Below, one piece after another: positions 1-9,840 of a DNA stretch of 64,000 nucleotides; the first letter of the stretch is position 1; each line of letters begins with the position of its first letter. The DNA lies in the NCBI GenBank assembly GCA_963805595.1, contig CAWDUM010000003.1, positions 112,369 through 176,368 on the forward strand, in the 5' to 3' direction. The stretch is from an uncultured Actinomycetota bacterium. Its GTDB lineage: Bacteria > Actinomycetota > Acidimicrobiia > Acidimicrobiales > RAAP-2. A program made the translations under genes and the position numbers. The notes under the pieces are model-generated. The model saw nothing but the letters and a program-made list of their open reading frames with translations. It was not told the DNA's origin and did not search any database.

Positions 1-843
1 GGGGCCGGTCGTCACCTTGGACAGGTCCGTGAGCACCCAGGGCGACGTCGTCGTGCCGGTCTCGGAGTACAGCTCGAGGTCCCCCGAGATCGCGGTGGTG
101 ACCACCTCGGGCACGCTCGTGGCCAGGACGAGCGGGTCACTCGTCGCGGTGGCCCCGTTGGTCAGGCTCGAGACGTTGAGCGCCGGCGCGCTGAGGTACG
201 GGACGGTGCCACCCGGGTCCCAGGCGAGAGTGAAGACCTCGATGGTGTTGGCCGCGGTGCGCGCCGCCACCGTCGCGCCGAGGCCGTTCACCTGCACGCT
301 GGCCAGGCCGTTGGCGAAGGAGACGCCGCTGAGCGCGCTCAGGTTGACGGCGACCTCCGGTCGCCACGCGTCGAGCTGGCGCGCGTGGGGCCAGTAGTGG
401 CTCAGCGGGTCGTTGGCGCACAGGATGACCAGCTGGCCGATCGAGTTGACGTAGATGACGTCGACGCTGCCCGACGGGTCGAAGAACGGAACGGGGTCCG
501 CCGCGGGCGTCGGCAGCGACGCGAGCGCCGACAGGTCGCTCCACGCCGGTGAGCCCGAGTCCGGCTGGACGTAGAGGTCCACGTCCGAGCTGGTCGAGCG
601 GTAGGCGAGCACGCCCTCGGTGGCGTTGGCGGTCGAGTGCGGTCCTCCGAGCATCTTGGTGCCGTTGAGCGAGGACACCAGGGACGCGGCGTTCCAGGGC
701 AGCGGCCCGGTGCCGGAGTTGACGAACTGGTAGAGGGGCAGGCCCGTCGCCGCGCTCGTGGCCGCGTGCGCGCCCGACGCCCCGACGAGCGAGGCGGCCA
801 CGACGACCGACACGAGCACTGACCGACGCACGTCTCTTCTCAC
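1..843 (-). CDS. hypothetical secreted protein (C-terminus lies outside the window)
   Basis: The minus-strand frame is open from 843 to the window edge; I checked every triplet and found no stop. It is missing from the ORF track because it is open-ended. Third codon positions are GC-rich. A GTG at 843 sits about 8 nt downstream of GAGGGGA. The N-terminus VRRDVRRSVLVSVVVAASLVGASGAHAATSA looks like a signal peptide. No family recognised. Confidence 0.55.
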   Translation of the reverse strand, partial: MRRDVRRSVLVSVVVAASLVGASGAHAATSAATGLPLYQFVNSGTGPLPWNAASLVSSLNGTKMLGGPHSTANATEGVLAYRSTSSDVDLYVQPDSGSPAWSDLSALASLPTPAADPVPFFDPSGSVDVIYVNSIGQLVILCANDPLSHYWPHARQLDAWRPEVAVNLSALSGVSFANGLASVQVNGLGATVAARTAANTIEVFTLAWDPGGTVPYLSAPALNVSSLTNGATATSDPLVLATSVPEVVTTAISGDLELYSETGTTTSPWVLTDLSKVTTGP

Positions 844-920
844 CGCGGATGTCCCCTCACGACTCGGTCCACCCCGCACCAGTCTACGGGCGGGCCCGCG
901 GCCCACCCGTGGCGCGAACG

Positions 921-3251
921 TCAACGCGTCTTCACCTTGACCGGCGCGCTGGGCGCCCCCGCGCCGTACGCGTTGATCGCCCGCACGGTCACCCGGTACG
1001 TCGTGTTGCGCGCGAGGCGCTTCACGTTGGCGGTGCGCGTCGCGGCCGAGAAGCGCACCCACGCGCGCCCGCTGGTGATCGAGTACTCGTACGCCGTGAT
1101 CGCGCCGCTGCCGCTGGTGGCGGGCCGGCCCGCCACCAGCGTGAAGCCCGCGACCTGGGCCACGACCCGGGCGACCGAGGCGCGGCCCGGGGGCAGCGTC
1201 TCGATCGCGGTGAAGGTGACCGACGTCGTGAGCGTGGCCGTGCCGTAGGTCGCGGTGACGGTGACCGTCCCGGGCGCGGTCGCGGTGAGGGTGAGTGACG
1301 CCGCGCCCTGGTCGTTCGTCGTCACGTCGTAGGACGCGGTGCCCGACCCCGACGACGACGCGCGCTGCGAGTCGAACTCGAGCGTGCCGGCGCCGGCCGT
1401 GGCGCTGACGTGCACGACCGCGCCGGCGAGGGGGCTGTCGCTGGCGTCGTGCGCGCTCAGGCTCAGCGTGACCGGGCCCGGCACGCTGGCGCTCGTGGCC
1501 GACGCGCTGAGCGAGGAGTCCTGCGGGCTCAGGCCGACCGGGCACAGGTCCGGCATGAAGGTCGCGGCGTCCGGGCTGCCCAGGCCCGACGCCATGTCGT
1601 AGCCCACCCCGGCGCTGTAGACGCCGACGCTGTAGAGGTCGTTGCTGCCCTGGGTCACGTCGACAAAGCCCGTGCCCCGGCGCGCCATGGCGTAGAGCGT
1701 GGGGTTGAGGAAGCCCAGTCGGCCCACGCCGCAGGCCTGGGTCGCGACGGCGACCATCGCGCTGAGCAACGGCGGCCCGACCGACGTCCCCCCGATCGAG
1801 TCCCAGGCCTGGGTGCAGTCGCCCGAACAGGTCCCGTCGGGGTTGCCGGTGAAGTAGTCGATGAACCCCGTCGCCGGGTCGGCCATCGCCGAGAGGTCGG
1901 GCACCATGCGCATCGTGTCGCTCGCGGTGATCCCCGGCGCGTTCTGCCACGACGGGCGCGGCCACAGCGCCGACACGCCGCCCCCGCCCGCGCCGGACCC
2001 GTCGTTCCAGACGCTCTCCTGGAGGGGGTCGATGTTGGTCACGGTGAGCCCGCCGACGCCGGTCACGAAGGGCTCGCTGGCGGGGTCGTCGACCGCCGGC
2101 TGGCTGTTGGTGATCCCCGCGCAGTCCGAGGAGCCCGCGTCACCCGCGGCGGCCAGGACCGTCTGGCCCTGGGCGGCCATCTCCTCGAAGACCGGCTGCT
2201 CGGCCGCGGGGTCGTTCGTCGGGTCGGTCTCGCAGTCGCCCCACGACGTGGACACGATCGACGCCGCGTCGTCACCGGCGATGCGCAGCAGGACGTCGGT
2301 CGGGCCGGTGTCGTTGTTCGGCCCGACGTAGACCTTGATCGTCGCGCCCGGGGCCAGCGCCGCGGCCTCCTCGATGTCGAACGTCGGCTCGAGGTCGTTG
2401 GGGGAGCTCGACCCGCCGTCGACCAGGACGTTGGACACGGAGGGGCTGATCGAGTAGCACGAGAAGAAGGCGTTGACGTCGCCCGTCGAGTAGGGGGCCA
2501 GCTCGAACATGGCGATGGTCTGGCCCGCGCCGGTGTTGCCCTTGGCCCACTGCGCGCTCAGCCCGTAGAGGTCGGCCTGCTGGTTGACCGTGTAGCCGCC
2601 GAGCGCGTTCGGCGTCGAGCCGCTGCTCGAGCCCGCCTGCGGGCAGCTGCCGATGGTGGCGGCGTGCGCGCGTCGATCGACGAGGTCCATCGGGTGCGGC
2701 GGCACCACGCTGGAGAGGCCCGCCACGGTGGTCACGAACCGGGCCTCGCGCGCGGGCAGCGTCGCGCGCGACGTGAACTGGGCCGCCAGCCCGTGGCCCG
2801 TGCGCACGGTCGCGAGCGGCGCGTCGAACGCGCGCGCGATCTGCCCGGTCGAGCCCGAGACGTGCAGGACGATGTGGCCGGCGCTCAGCGCGCCGACGCG
2901 CAGCCCGAAGCCGGAGAAGTAGTGGCGCAGTGAAGCGACGGCCGCGGCGGGGGCGCCGAAGTCGCGGGCGAACTCGCCCGGGGTGAGGAAGCGCCGGTAG
3001 TCGGGCGACGACGGCGACGTCAGACCGGCGAGGTAGGCGCTCAGCTCGCGCTGGCGCGGCAGGGCCAGGACGACGTCAAAGGCGCTGCGCATCGGCGTCG
3101 CGACGACCGCGTCGCCCGCGGGCACCGCGGCCGGGCGCGCGACCGTCACGCGCGGCGCGAGGGCGCCCGCCGGGACGCCCGCGAGGCCGAGCGCGGTGAG
3201 CGCCGCGCCGAGGGCGACGACGCTCATCCGTCGTGAGGGGCGACGACGCAT
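921..3251 (-). CDS. secreted S53 (sedolisin/kumamolisin-type) serine peptidase with a C-terminal FN3-like module
   Basis: 776-aa ORF. Signal peptide MRRRPSRRMSVVALGAALTALGLAGVPAGALA. Pro-kumamolisin-like activation region (SPDYRRFLTPGEFARDFG). Sedolisin serine motif GGTSVGPP. The tail ITAYEYSITSG...VRAINAYGAGAPSAPVKV resembles fibronectin type III. Confidence 0.85.
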   Translation of the reverse strand: MRRRPSRRMSVVALGAALTALGLAGVPAGALAPRVTVARPAAVPAGDAVVATPMRSAFDVVLALPRQRELSAYLAGLTSPSSPDYRRFLTPGEFARDFGAPAAAVASLRHYFSGFGLRVGALSAGHIVLHVSGSTGQIARAFDAPLATVRTGHGLAAQFTSRATLPAREARFVTTVAGLSSVVPPHPMDLVDRRAHAATIGSCPQAGSSSGSTPNALGGYTVNQQADLYGLSAQWAKGNTGAGQTIAMFELAPYSTGDVNAFFSCYSISPSVSNVLVDGGSSSPNDLEPTFDIEEAAALAPGATIKVYVGPNNDTGPTDVLLRIAGDDAASIVSTSWGDCETDPTNDPAAEQPVFEEMAAQGQTVLAAAGDAGSSDCAGITNSQPAVDDPASEPFVTGVGGLTVTNIDPLQESVWNDGSGAGGGGVSALWPRPSWQNAPGITASDTMRMVPDLSAMADPATGFIDYFTGNPDGTCSGDCTQAWDSIGGTSVGPPLLSAMVAVATQACGVGRLGFLNPTLYAMARRGTGFVDVTQGSNDLYSVGVYSAGVGYDMASGLGSPDAATFMPDLCPVGLSPQDSSLSASATSASVPGPVTLSLSAHDASDSPLAGAVVHVSATAGAGTLEFDSQRASSSGSGTASYDVTTNDQGAASLTLTATAPGTVTVTATYGTATLTTSVTFTAIETLPPGRASVARVVAQVAGFTLVAGRPATSGSGAITAYEYSITSGRAWVRFSAATRTANVKRLARNTTYRVTVRAINAYGAGAPSAPVKVKTR

Positions 3252-3324
3252 CCCCTCAGCCTAGGAAGGTCGCGAGGGTCGGGCCAGAGCGGGTCCGCCC
3301 AGAACCCCAAGGAAAGGACAATTC

Positions 3325-3855
3325 TTAGTGTTCGCTCGCGCTGACGTCGTGGTCCGCTCGCGGATATCCCGCCGCCGCGTAGCGCGCGGAGAGGTCACCG
3401 CACTCGACGCACACCGACTCGGGGATCAGCCCGGCGCGCATGAGCCAGGAGAATACGGCGCAGCCGAGGCAGTAGCCGAGGAAGCCCTCCAGGCACGCCG
3501 CGGCGATGAGCGGCAGGAGGATCCAGCGCGCGTCGCCCCACCCGGCCATCAGCCAGACCACGGTGGCGCTGAGGGTGAAGGCGAGTCCCAGTGACTGGGC
3601 GAAGCGCTTGGGCGGCCCGGGAACCGCCCGCGTCCACGCGGGGAGGCGCGGCGCCGCAACGCGCGTCGCGAACTGGCCGAGCGGCGAGAGCGTGGGGCCG
3701 GTCGCGACGCGCGCGGCGAACCCGTAGGTCAGGGGGATGAGGACCCACGCCCACCCGGTGGCCAGCGCCACCACCGACATGGTCACGACGCCCAGGGCGA
3801 CGGTGCGCGCCGCGGCGTCATTGACGGGGTTGGGGAAGGAGAACAACTTCTTCAT
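3325..3855 (-). CDS. DUF4395-family membrane protein
   Basis: 176 aa. Starts FPNPVN..AAR, has several TM segments, contains PGPPKRFAQ and ends with a CxxC...CxxC-like tail (CLGCAVF...CVECG), as I recall for DUF4395. Confidence 0.65.
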   Translation of the reverse strand: MKKLFSFPNPVNDAAARTVALGVVTMSVVALATGWAWVLIPLTYGFAARVATGPTLSPLGQFATRVAAPRLPAWTRAVPGPPKRFAQSLGLAFTLSATVVWLMAGWGDARWILLPLIAAACLEGFLGYCLGCAVFSWLMRAGLIPESVCVECGDLSARYAAAGYPRADHDVSASEH

Positions 3856-3881
3856 TCCACAAATTTACGTGGAAAAGTCGA

Positions 3882-4703
3882 CTATGCGCCCACCGCCAGC
3901 TTGACGGTGGTCGCGGCGCCGACCGCGACGACCAGGCAGCGCACCACGAACGGCGACAGCCGCGTGATCAGGAGCGTCCCGAGCCACCCGCCGATCAGCG
4001 CGCCCACGAGCAGCATCGCCACCGCGCTCCCGGCGAGGTGGCCGTGGATCGCGTAGACGATCGCGGCGACCGTGCAGATGAGCGTGGAGAGCGTGGCCCG
4101 GATCCCTTGGAGCTCGTGGATCTCGAAGGGCAGGGTCAGGGCCATCGCCGCGAGCAGCATGATGCCCAGTCCCGCGCCGAAGTAGCCGCCGTAGACCGCG
4201 CACATCAGGACCGCGACGCGCAGCGCCCGGCGCCGGGCCGGGTGCTCGGGGTCGACGTCGGCGAGGCGCCGCGTGATGAGCGGCGCCGCGGCGAAGAGCG
4301 CCGTCGCCGCGCCGATCAGCCAGGGCACGACCTCGCGGAACGTCGTCGACGAGCCGGTGAGCAGCAGGGTGCAGCCCGCCAGCGTGCCCAGGACCGACGG
4401 CACGACGAGGGACATCAGCAGGTCGCGGTGCGTCGACAGGGAGCGCCGGTAGGTCGACACGCCCGCGAGGTAGCTCGGCACGACGCCGACCGTTGTCGAG
4501 ACGTTGGCTTGCAGCGCGGGGATGCCGGTCGCCAGGAGCGTGGGGAACGTGATGAAGGTGCCGCCGCCGGCGACCCCGTTGGCCACGCCGCCGGCGACCC
4601 CGGCGACGAGGTAGATCCCCAGGCGCCACCCCAGTGCCAGTGACGCCACGATCATCGTCACTACTCTACGAACGTGACCCCAAGAGAGCGGACCGTGGAC
4701 CAT
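3882..4703 (-). CDS. TauE/SafE-family sulfite/anion exporter
   Basis: Polytopic membrane ORF with GVAGGGTFITFPTL and a second Gly-rich repeat half (YGGYFGAGLGIM). The true start may be the ATG at 4655 (MIVASLALG). Confidence 0.8.
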   Translation of the reverse strand: MVHGPLSWGHVRRVVTMIVASLALGWRLGIYLVAGVAGGVANGVAGGGTFITFPTLLATGIPALQANVSTTVGVVPSYLAGVSTYRRSLSTHRDLLMSLVVPSVLGTLAGCTLLLTGSSTTFREVVPWLIGAATALFAAAPLITRRLADVDPEHPARRRALRVAVLMCAVYGGYFGAGLGIMLLAAMALTLPFEIHELQGIRATLSTLICTVAAIVYAIHGHLAGSAVAMLLVGALIGGWLGTLLITRLSPFVVRCLVVAVGAATTVKLAVGA

Positions 4704-4732
4704 TCACGACGGCGGCCTTCGCGTCCTCTACC

Positions 4733-5202
4733 GTGGGCGGCGTGTACCTCTTGACCGAGGAACTCATCGTTCCGGGCGACGCACCGACCGACCTCATACG
4801 GGCGGCGGGGGGGATCGTGCGCCAGTTCGTGCCCGGCGGCGGCGTCGAGATCGCGTGCATCTACCGCGAATCGCGCGGCGACTGGACCTTCCCCAAGGGC
4901 AAGCTGGACCCCGGCGAGAACTTCGAGCAGGCGGCGCGCCGTGAGGTGCACGAAGAGACGGGGCTGATGTGCGCCATCGAGCGCTTCATCGGCACGACCA
5001 ACTACACGCACCGCAAGGGTCGTCCCAAGATCGTCGCCTACTACCTGATGTCGGTGGACGACGGGTCCTTCGCGCCCAACGAGGAGGTCGACGACCTCGT
5101 GTGGCTCGGCCTCGAGCACGTGCGCGGGCACCTGACCTGGGAGCGCGACCGCGAGCTCTTCGACCTCGCCCTGGCGATGCCCGAGCTGCTCGCGCGCGCC
5201 AG

Positions 5203-5206
<4 letters not shown>
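4733..5206 (+). CDS. NUDIX hydrolase
   Basis: Nudix box GKLDPGENFEQAARREVHEETGL. The ORF is open from 4634, but that start would overlap the divergent TauE gene, so I took the GTG at 4733. The start remains uncertain. Confidence 0.8.
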
Positions 5207-5933
<727 letters not shown>

Positions 5934-5937
<4 letters not shown>

Positions 5938-6824
5938 GTGACCCCCGCCAGGCGCCGGGACCGGTCTCGCGAGATCAGGCGGTCGGTGAAGCGGGTCATG
6001 GGCACCGTCATGGCGAGGAACAGGATCGCGGCCACGACGTAGCCGCTGTAGTTGAAGACGGTGGATCCATAGATCTGGGCGGCGCGCGCGGCCTCGACCG
6101 CGCCGAGGGTGCCGACGAGCGCCGTGTCCTTCTGCAGCGAGATGAAGTCGTTCAGCAGGGGCGGGATCACGGTGCGCACCGCCTGGGGCAGGATCACGCG
6201 GCGCATCGTCGACGCGTGGGTGAGGCCCAGCGAGCGCGCGGCGAGCAGTTGGCCCTGGGGCACCGAGTTGATGCCCGCTCGGAAGACCTCGGCGACGTAG
6301 GCGGTGTAGGTCAGGGTCAGCGCGACGCACCCGTAGACCGCCGGCGACTGGTAGGAGATCACCTTGAGGTAGAGCCCCGGGGCGCCGAAGCCGACGATGA
6401 AGACGACCAGCAGCAGTGGCACGCCGCGAAAGACGTCGGTGTACAGGGTGGCCAGCGCGCGGAACGGCAGCAGCACGGGCGACTGGGTCATGCGGGTCCA
6501 CGCGACGCCCAGGCCCAGGATCAAGATCAGCACTTCGCACAGCAAGAACATCCACACGTTGGTGAGGAACCCGCGGCCGACCGAGCTGAGACCCTCACGC
6601 GGGTCGCCCACGAAGGACTGCCACATGTCGTGGGGGTCGAAGAAGAAGTGGCGCACCGTCGCGCCGCCGGGCGACAGGAAGAGGACCGCGACGATGGCGC
6701 CGAGGATGACGAGGCTCGAGATCGTGCTGGCCACGACCCCGCGGCGTCCGACGAAGAGCAGGCGCCGTCGACTGGAGAAGAGGACGGGAACGTCCGGGGA
6801 CGCCTCTCCCGTCGGACTCGTCAC
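5934..6824 (-). CDS. amino-acid ABC transporter permease (His/Glu/Gln/Arg/opine family)
   Basis: 296-aa polytopic ORF with an EAA-like loop (AARSLGLTHASTMRRVILPQA). Operon position between the substrate-binding protein and the ATPase. Confidence 0.85.
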
Positions 6825-6827
6825 GGC

Positions 6828-7718
6828 CTACGGCTGGATGATCGGCACGCTGGTGTAGATGCCCAGCCACTTGCTGGCCAGCGACGACAGCGTGCCGTTG
6901 GCCTTCAGCGCGCTGATGGCGGCGTCGACGCAGCCGACGAGCTTGTCACCCTTTTGAAAGAGCAGCCCGTAGTGCTCGCCGACGCTCGGGAACTGACCGA
7001 CCTGGGTCGCGATGACCTTGTTCTTGGGACCCAGGATCTGGGCCGACGCCATGTACTGGCCGGTGGGCGTGTCGATCACGATGGCGTCGATCAGGCCCGT
7101 CTTGAGTGCCAGGACCGCCTGGTCGAGCGTGGAGTAGACGCGAGCGGACCGCGTCGGCTTGATCTGGTCGTTGATGTAGGCGAGGCCGGTCGTGCCCACC
7201 TGGTCGCCGTAGAGGTAGGTCTTGAGCTGCGCCGGGCTGTGGCTGGTGACGATGGCGTCGGTCTTTAGCGCCACGATCGACTGCTGGACGTCGTAGTAGC
7301 TCGAGGAGAACGTGACGGCCTTGGCGCGCTCCGGGGTGTAGGAGATCTCGTTGATGTCGAAGTCGAAGGCCTTGGGCCCGGGCGTGTAGCTCGAGTCGAA
7401 GGGCTCGGTGACCCACACCACGTCGGACTTGGCGACGCCCAGCTCCTTGGCGATCGCGTAGACGACGGCCGACTCGTAGCCCTTGCCGTTGGACGGCTTG
7501 TTGTTGACGAACCACGGCGTATAGACCGGGTTGTCGGTCGCCACGGTCAGCTTGCCCTTGGCGTACTCGTGGGCGTTGATCGAGGTCTTGCAGCTGGCGA
7601 GGCTCGGCGCGGCCCCGGAGGCGACCGGGGAGACGGACAGCGTGACCGCCGTGAGCGCGGTGGCGCCCAGGATCCCGGCGAGCGTGGTGCGGAGGTGGCG
7701 CATGACGTGTCCCTTCAT
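6828..7718 (-). CDS. amino-acid ABC transporter substrate-binding protein
   Basis: Signal peptide followed by type-2 periplasmic binding-protein features (KLTVATDNPVYTPWF, DAIVIDTPTG). First gene of the three-gene operon. Confidence 0.85.
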   Translation of the reverse strand: MKGHVMRHLRTTLAGILGATALTAVTLSVSPVASGAAPSLASCKTSINAHEYAKGKLTVATDNPVYTPWFVNNKPSNGKGYESAVVYAIAKELGVAKSDVVWVTEPFDSSYTPGPKAFDFDINEISYTPERAKAVTFSSSYYDVQQSIVALKTDAIVTSHSPAQLKTYLYGDQVGTTGLAYINDQIKPTRSARVYSTLDQAVLALKTGLIDAIVIDTPTGQYMASAQILGPKNKVIATQVGQFPSVGEHYGLLFQKGDKLVGCVDAAISALKANGTLSSLASKWLGIYTSVPIIQP

Positions 7719-7835
7719 GGGTGACGCGGTGATCGTGGTTCGTAGTGTAACGCCGCTCTTTGGCGTGAATCGGCCCGACGCGGCGACGCGTCGGCCCTCG
7801 CGACGGCGCGGAGAGTCACTAGGATGGACGCTCGG

Positions 7836-7929
7836 GGAGAGGTGGGTGAGTTCGGTTTAAACCACATTCCTGCTAAGAATGCGGCCCGCTTATACGGGCC
7901 CGAGGGTTCAAATCCCTCCCTCTCCGCCA
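7836..7929 (+). tRNA. tRNA-Ser (anticodon GCU)
   Basis: Manual cloverleaf: acceptor GGAGAGG/CCTCTCC; anticodon stem CATTC/GAATG with loop CTGCTAA (GCT); long variable arm GGCCCG-CTTATA-CGGGCC; T arm GAGGG-TTCAAAT-CCCTC; encoded CCA. Confidence 0.9.
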
Positions 7930-7930
7930 C

Positions 7931-7959
7931 CGACACCGAGCGCAGTGCGCTCGGTGTCG
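7931..7959 (+). terminator. perfect 13-bp hairpin immediately after the tRNA
   Basis: CGACACCGAGCGC-AGT-GCGCTCGGTGTCG begins 2 nt after the tRNA CCA. There is no T-tract, which is usual in high-GC actinobacteria. Confidence 0.6.
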
Positions 7960-7975
7960 CCATCTGAGGAGGCCG

Positions 7976-9271
7976 GTGCGGTACTGGATCGAGACACTGG
8001 GGTGTCCGAAGAACCACGTCGACTCCGAGAAGCTCGCGGGACTCCTAGAGACCCAGGGCCACCGGCCGGCGACCTCGGCGGAGCAGGCTGAGCTCGTCGT
8101 CGCCAACACCTGCGCGTTCATCGAGGCCGCGCGTGAGGAGTCCATCGAGACGGTGCTGGACCTGGCCGAGCGCAGGCGTGACGGCGCGCGACTGGTGGTG
8201 ACCGGCTGCATGGCCGAGCGCTACGGCGACGAGCTCGCCGCGGCGCTGCCCGAGGTGGACCTCGTCGCGGGGTTCGGCCAAGAGCTCGTCCCGACCGTTG
8301 CGGTGTCCCTGCGCGCGCGCCGCGTGCCGGCGTTCGACCTGCTGAACCTGCCGCGTCCGCGCAGCGAGCGCCCGTGGGCCTACGTGAAGATCGCCGAGGG
8401 GTGCGACCGGCGCTGCGGGTTCTGCGCGATACCGACCTTCCGCGGCGACCAGCGCTCGCGGAGCCAGTCCGAGATCCTCGCCGAGTCGCGCGCGCTGGCC
8501 GCGGGCGGGGTCAAGGAGGTCGTCCTCATCGCCCAGGACCTGGCGAGCTGGGGGCACGACCGACGTCGGGCGGGACGCGACGAGCCGGTCGAGGCGCTCG
8601 AGACCGGCGCGCCCCAGCCGCTCGTCGACCTCGTCGACGCCCTCGCCGGAGAGGTAGAGCGCGTGCGGCTCCTCTACCTGTACCCGTCGGGCCTCACCCC
8701 GCGGCTCATCGAGTCGATCCTGGCGACGCGCGTGCCGTACTTCGACCTGTCGCTCCAGCACGTGACGCGCCCGCTGCTGCGCGCGATGCGCCGCTGGGGC
8801 GACGGCGAGCGCTTCTTGGAGCGCATCGCCGCTATCCGCCGCGCCGAGCCCACGGCGTCGTTCCGCTCGTCGTTCATACTGGGCTACCCCGGCGAGACCG
8901 AGGATGACCAGGCCGCGCTGCTCGATTGGCTCGACGAGGCCCAGCTCGACTGGGCCGGGTTCTTCACCTTCTCGCCCGAGGACGCCACGCCGGCGGCGGC
9001 GATGGCGAACCAGGTGGACCCCGCGCTGGCCCTCGAGCGGCTGCGCGAGGTGAGCGAGCGTCAGGACGCCATCACCGCGCGGCGTCGCGACGCGATGGTC
9101 GGCACGCGCCAGCGCGTCCTCGTCGACGCCCCGGGCGTCGCGCGCACCGTCCACGAGTGCCCCGAGATCGATGGCATTGTGAGGGTGGACTCCTCGATGC
9201 GCGTGGGAGAGTTGGCGGAGTGTGTCGTGGTGGCGAGCCACGGCACCGACCTGGAGGCGGTGCGGGCGTGA
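7976..9271 (+). CDS. rimO: ribosomal protein S12 methylthiotransferase RimO
   Basis: N-terminal IETLGCPKNHVDSE, radical-SAM CDRRCGFCAIP, C-terminal TRAM-like region. RBS GAGGAGG lies upstream of the GTG. Confidence 0.9.
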   Translation: MRYWIETLGCPKNHVDSEKLAGLLETQGHRPATSAEQAELVVANTCAFIEAAREESIETVLDLAERRRDGARLVVTGCMAERYGDELAAALPEVDLVAGFGQELVPTVAVSLRARRVPAFDLLNLPRPRSERPWAYVKIAEGCDRRCGFCAIPTFRGDQRSRSQSEILAESRALAAGGVKEVVLIAQDLASWGHDRRRAGRDEPVEALETGAPQPLVDLVDALAGEVERVRLLYLYPSGLTPRLIESILATRVPYFDLSLQHVTRPLLRAMRRWGDGERFLERIAAIRRAEPTASFRSSFILGYPGETEDDQAALLDWLDEAQLDWAGFFTFSPEDATPAAAMANQVDPALALERLREVSERQDAITARRRDAMVGTRQRVLVDAPGVARTVHECPEIDGIVRVDSSMRVGELAECVVVASHGTDLEAVRA

Positions 9272-9840
9272 GCGACCAGCGGACCTACGGGGAGACCGCG
9301 CTGCTCACCCCGGCGAACATGATGACCGCCTTCCGGCTCCTCGTGGCGCCGGTCTTCATCTACATGATCGTCTTGCACCGGATCTCGTGGTGGACGACCC
9401 TGGTCGGATTCCTCGCCGCGGTGTCGGACTACTTCGACGGCATCGTCGCGCGCCGCCACGGCACCACGCGCTCGGGCGCCTTCCTCGACCCGCTGGCCGA
9501 CAAGGTGATCGTGCTGGGCAGCCTCTACGCCCTGGTGATCGCGCGCCCGCACGGGATCACGGCCTTCGTCGCGCCGTCGATCCTGATCACGCTGCGCGAG
9601 GTGTGGATGAGCGTCTACCGGGCGCGCGCCGCGCGCCGCGGCGTGTCGATCCCGGCCAGCGCCCTGGCCAAGTGGAAGACCTTCGTCCAGGATTGGGCCA
9701 TCGCGTTCTGCGTGATCCCCCTGACCGCGCACCACCTGGTCATCGGCGTGACCACGATCTGGGTCGCGGCGGCCATGACGCTCTACACCGGCTGGCAGTA
9801 CTACCGCGACGGACGCAGGGCGGGGCTACGTGCGCGTTGA
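9268..9840 (+). CDS. pgsA: CDP-diacylglycerol--glycerol-3-phosphate 3-phosphatidyltransferase
   Basis: CDP-alcohol phosphotransferase motif DYFDGIVARRHGTTRSGAFLDPLADK. The GTG start overlaps the rimO stop (GTGA). Confidence 0.85.
   Translation: MSDQRTYGETALLTPANMMTAFRLLVAPVFIYMIVLHRISWWTTLVGFLAAVSDYFDGIVARRHGTTRSGAFLDPLADKVIVLGSLYALVIARPHGITAFVAPSILITLREVWMSVYRARAARRGVSIPASALAKWKTFVQDWAIAFCVIPLTAHHLVIGVTTIWVAAAMTLYTGWQYYRDGRRAGLRAR

Noticed and set aside
5938-6555. N-terminal extension of the ABC ATPase ORF (5203..6555)
   Set aside because: The extension runs out of frame through the permease gene. The ATPase has a GTG start at 5937 coupled to the permease stop.
7811-7835. TAGGAT hexamer 10 nt upstream of tRNA-Ser as a -10 element
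   Set aside because: The position is plausible, but there is no acceptable -35 at 16-18 nt. The evidence is too weak to annotate.
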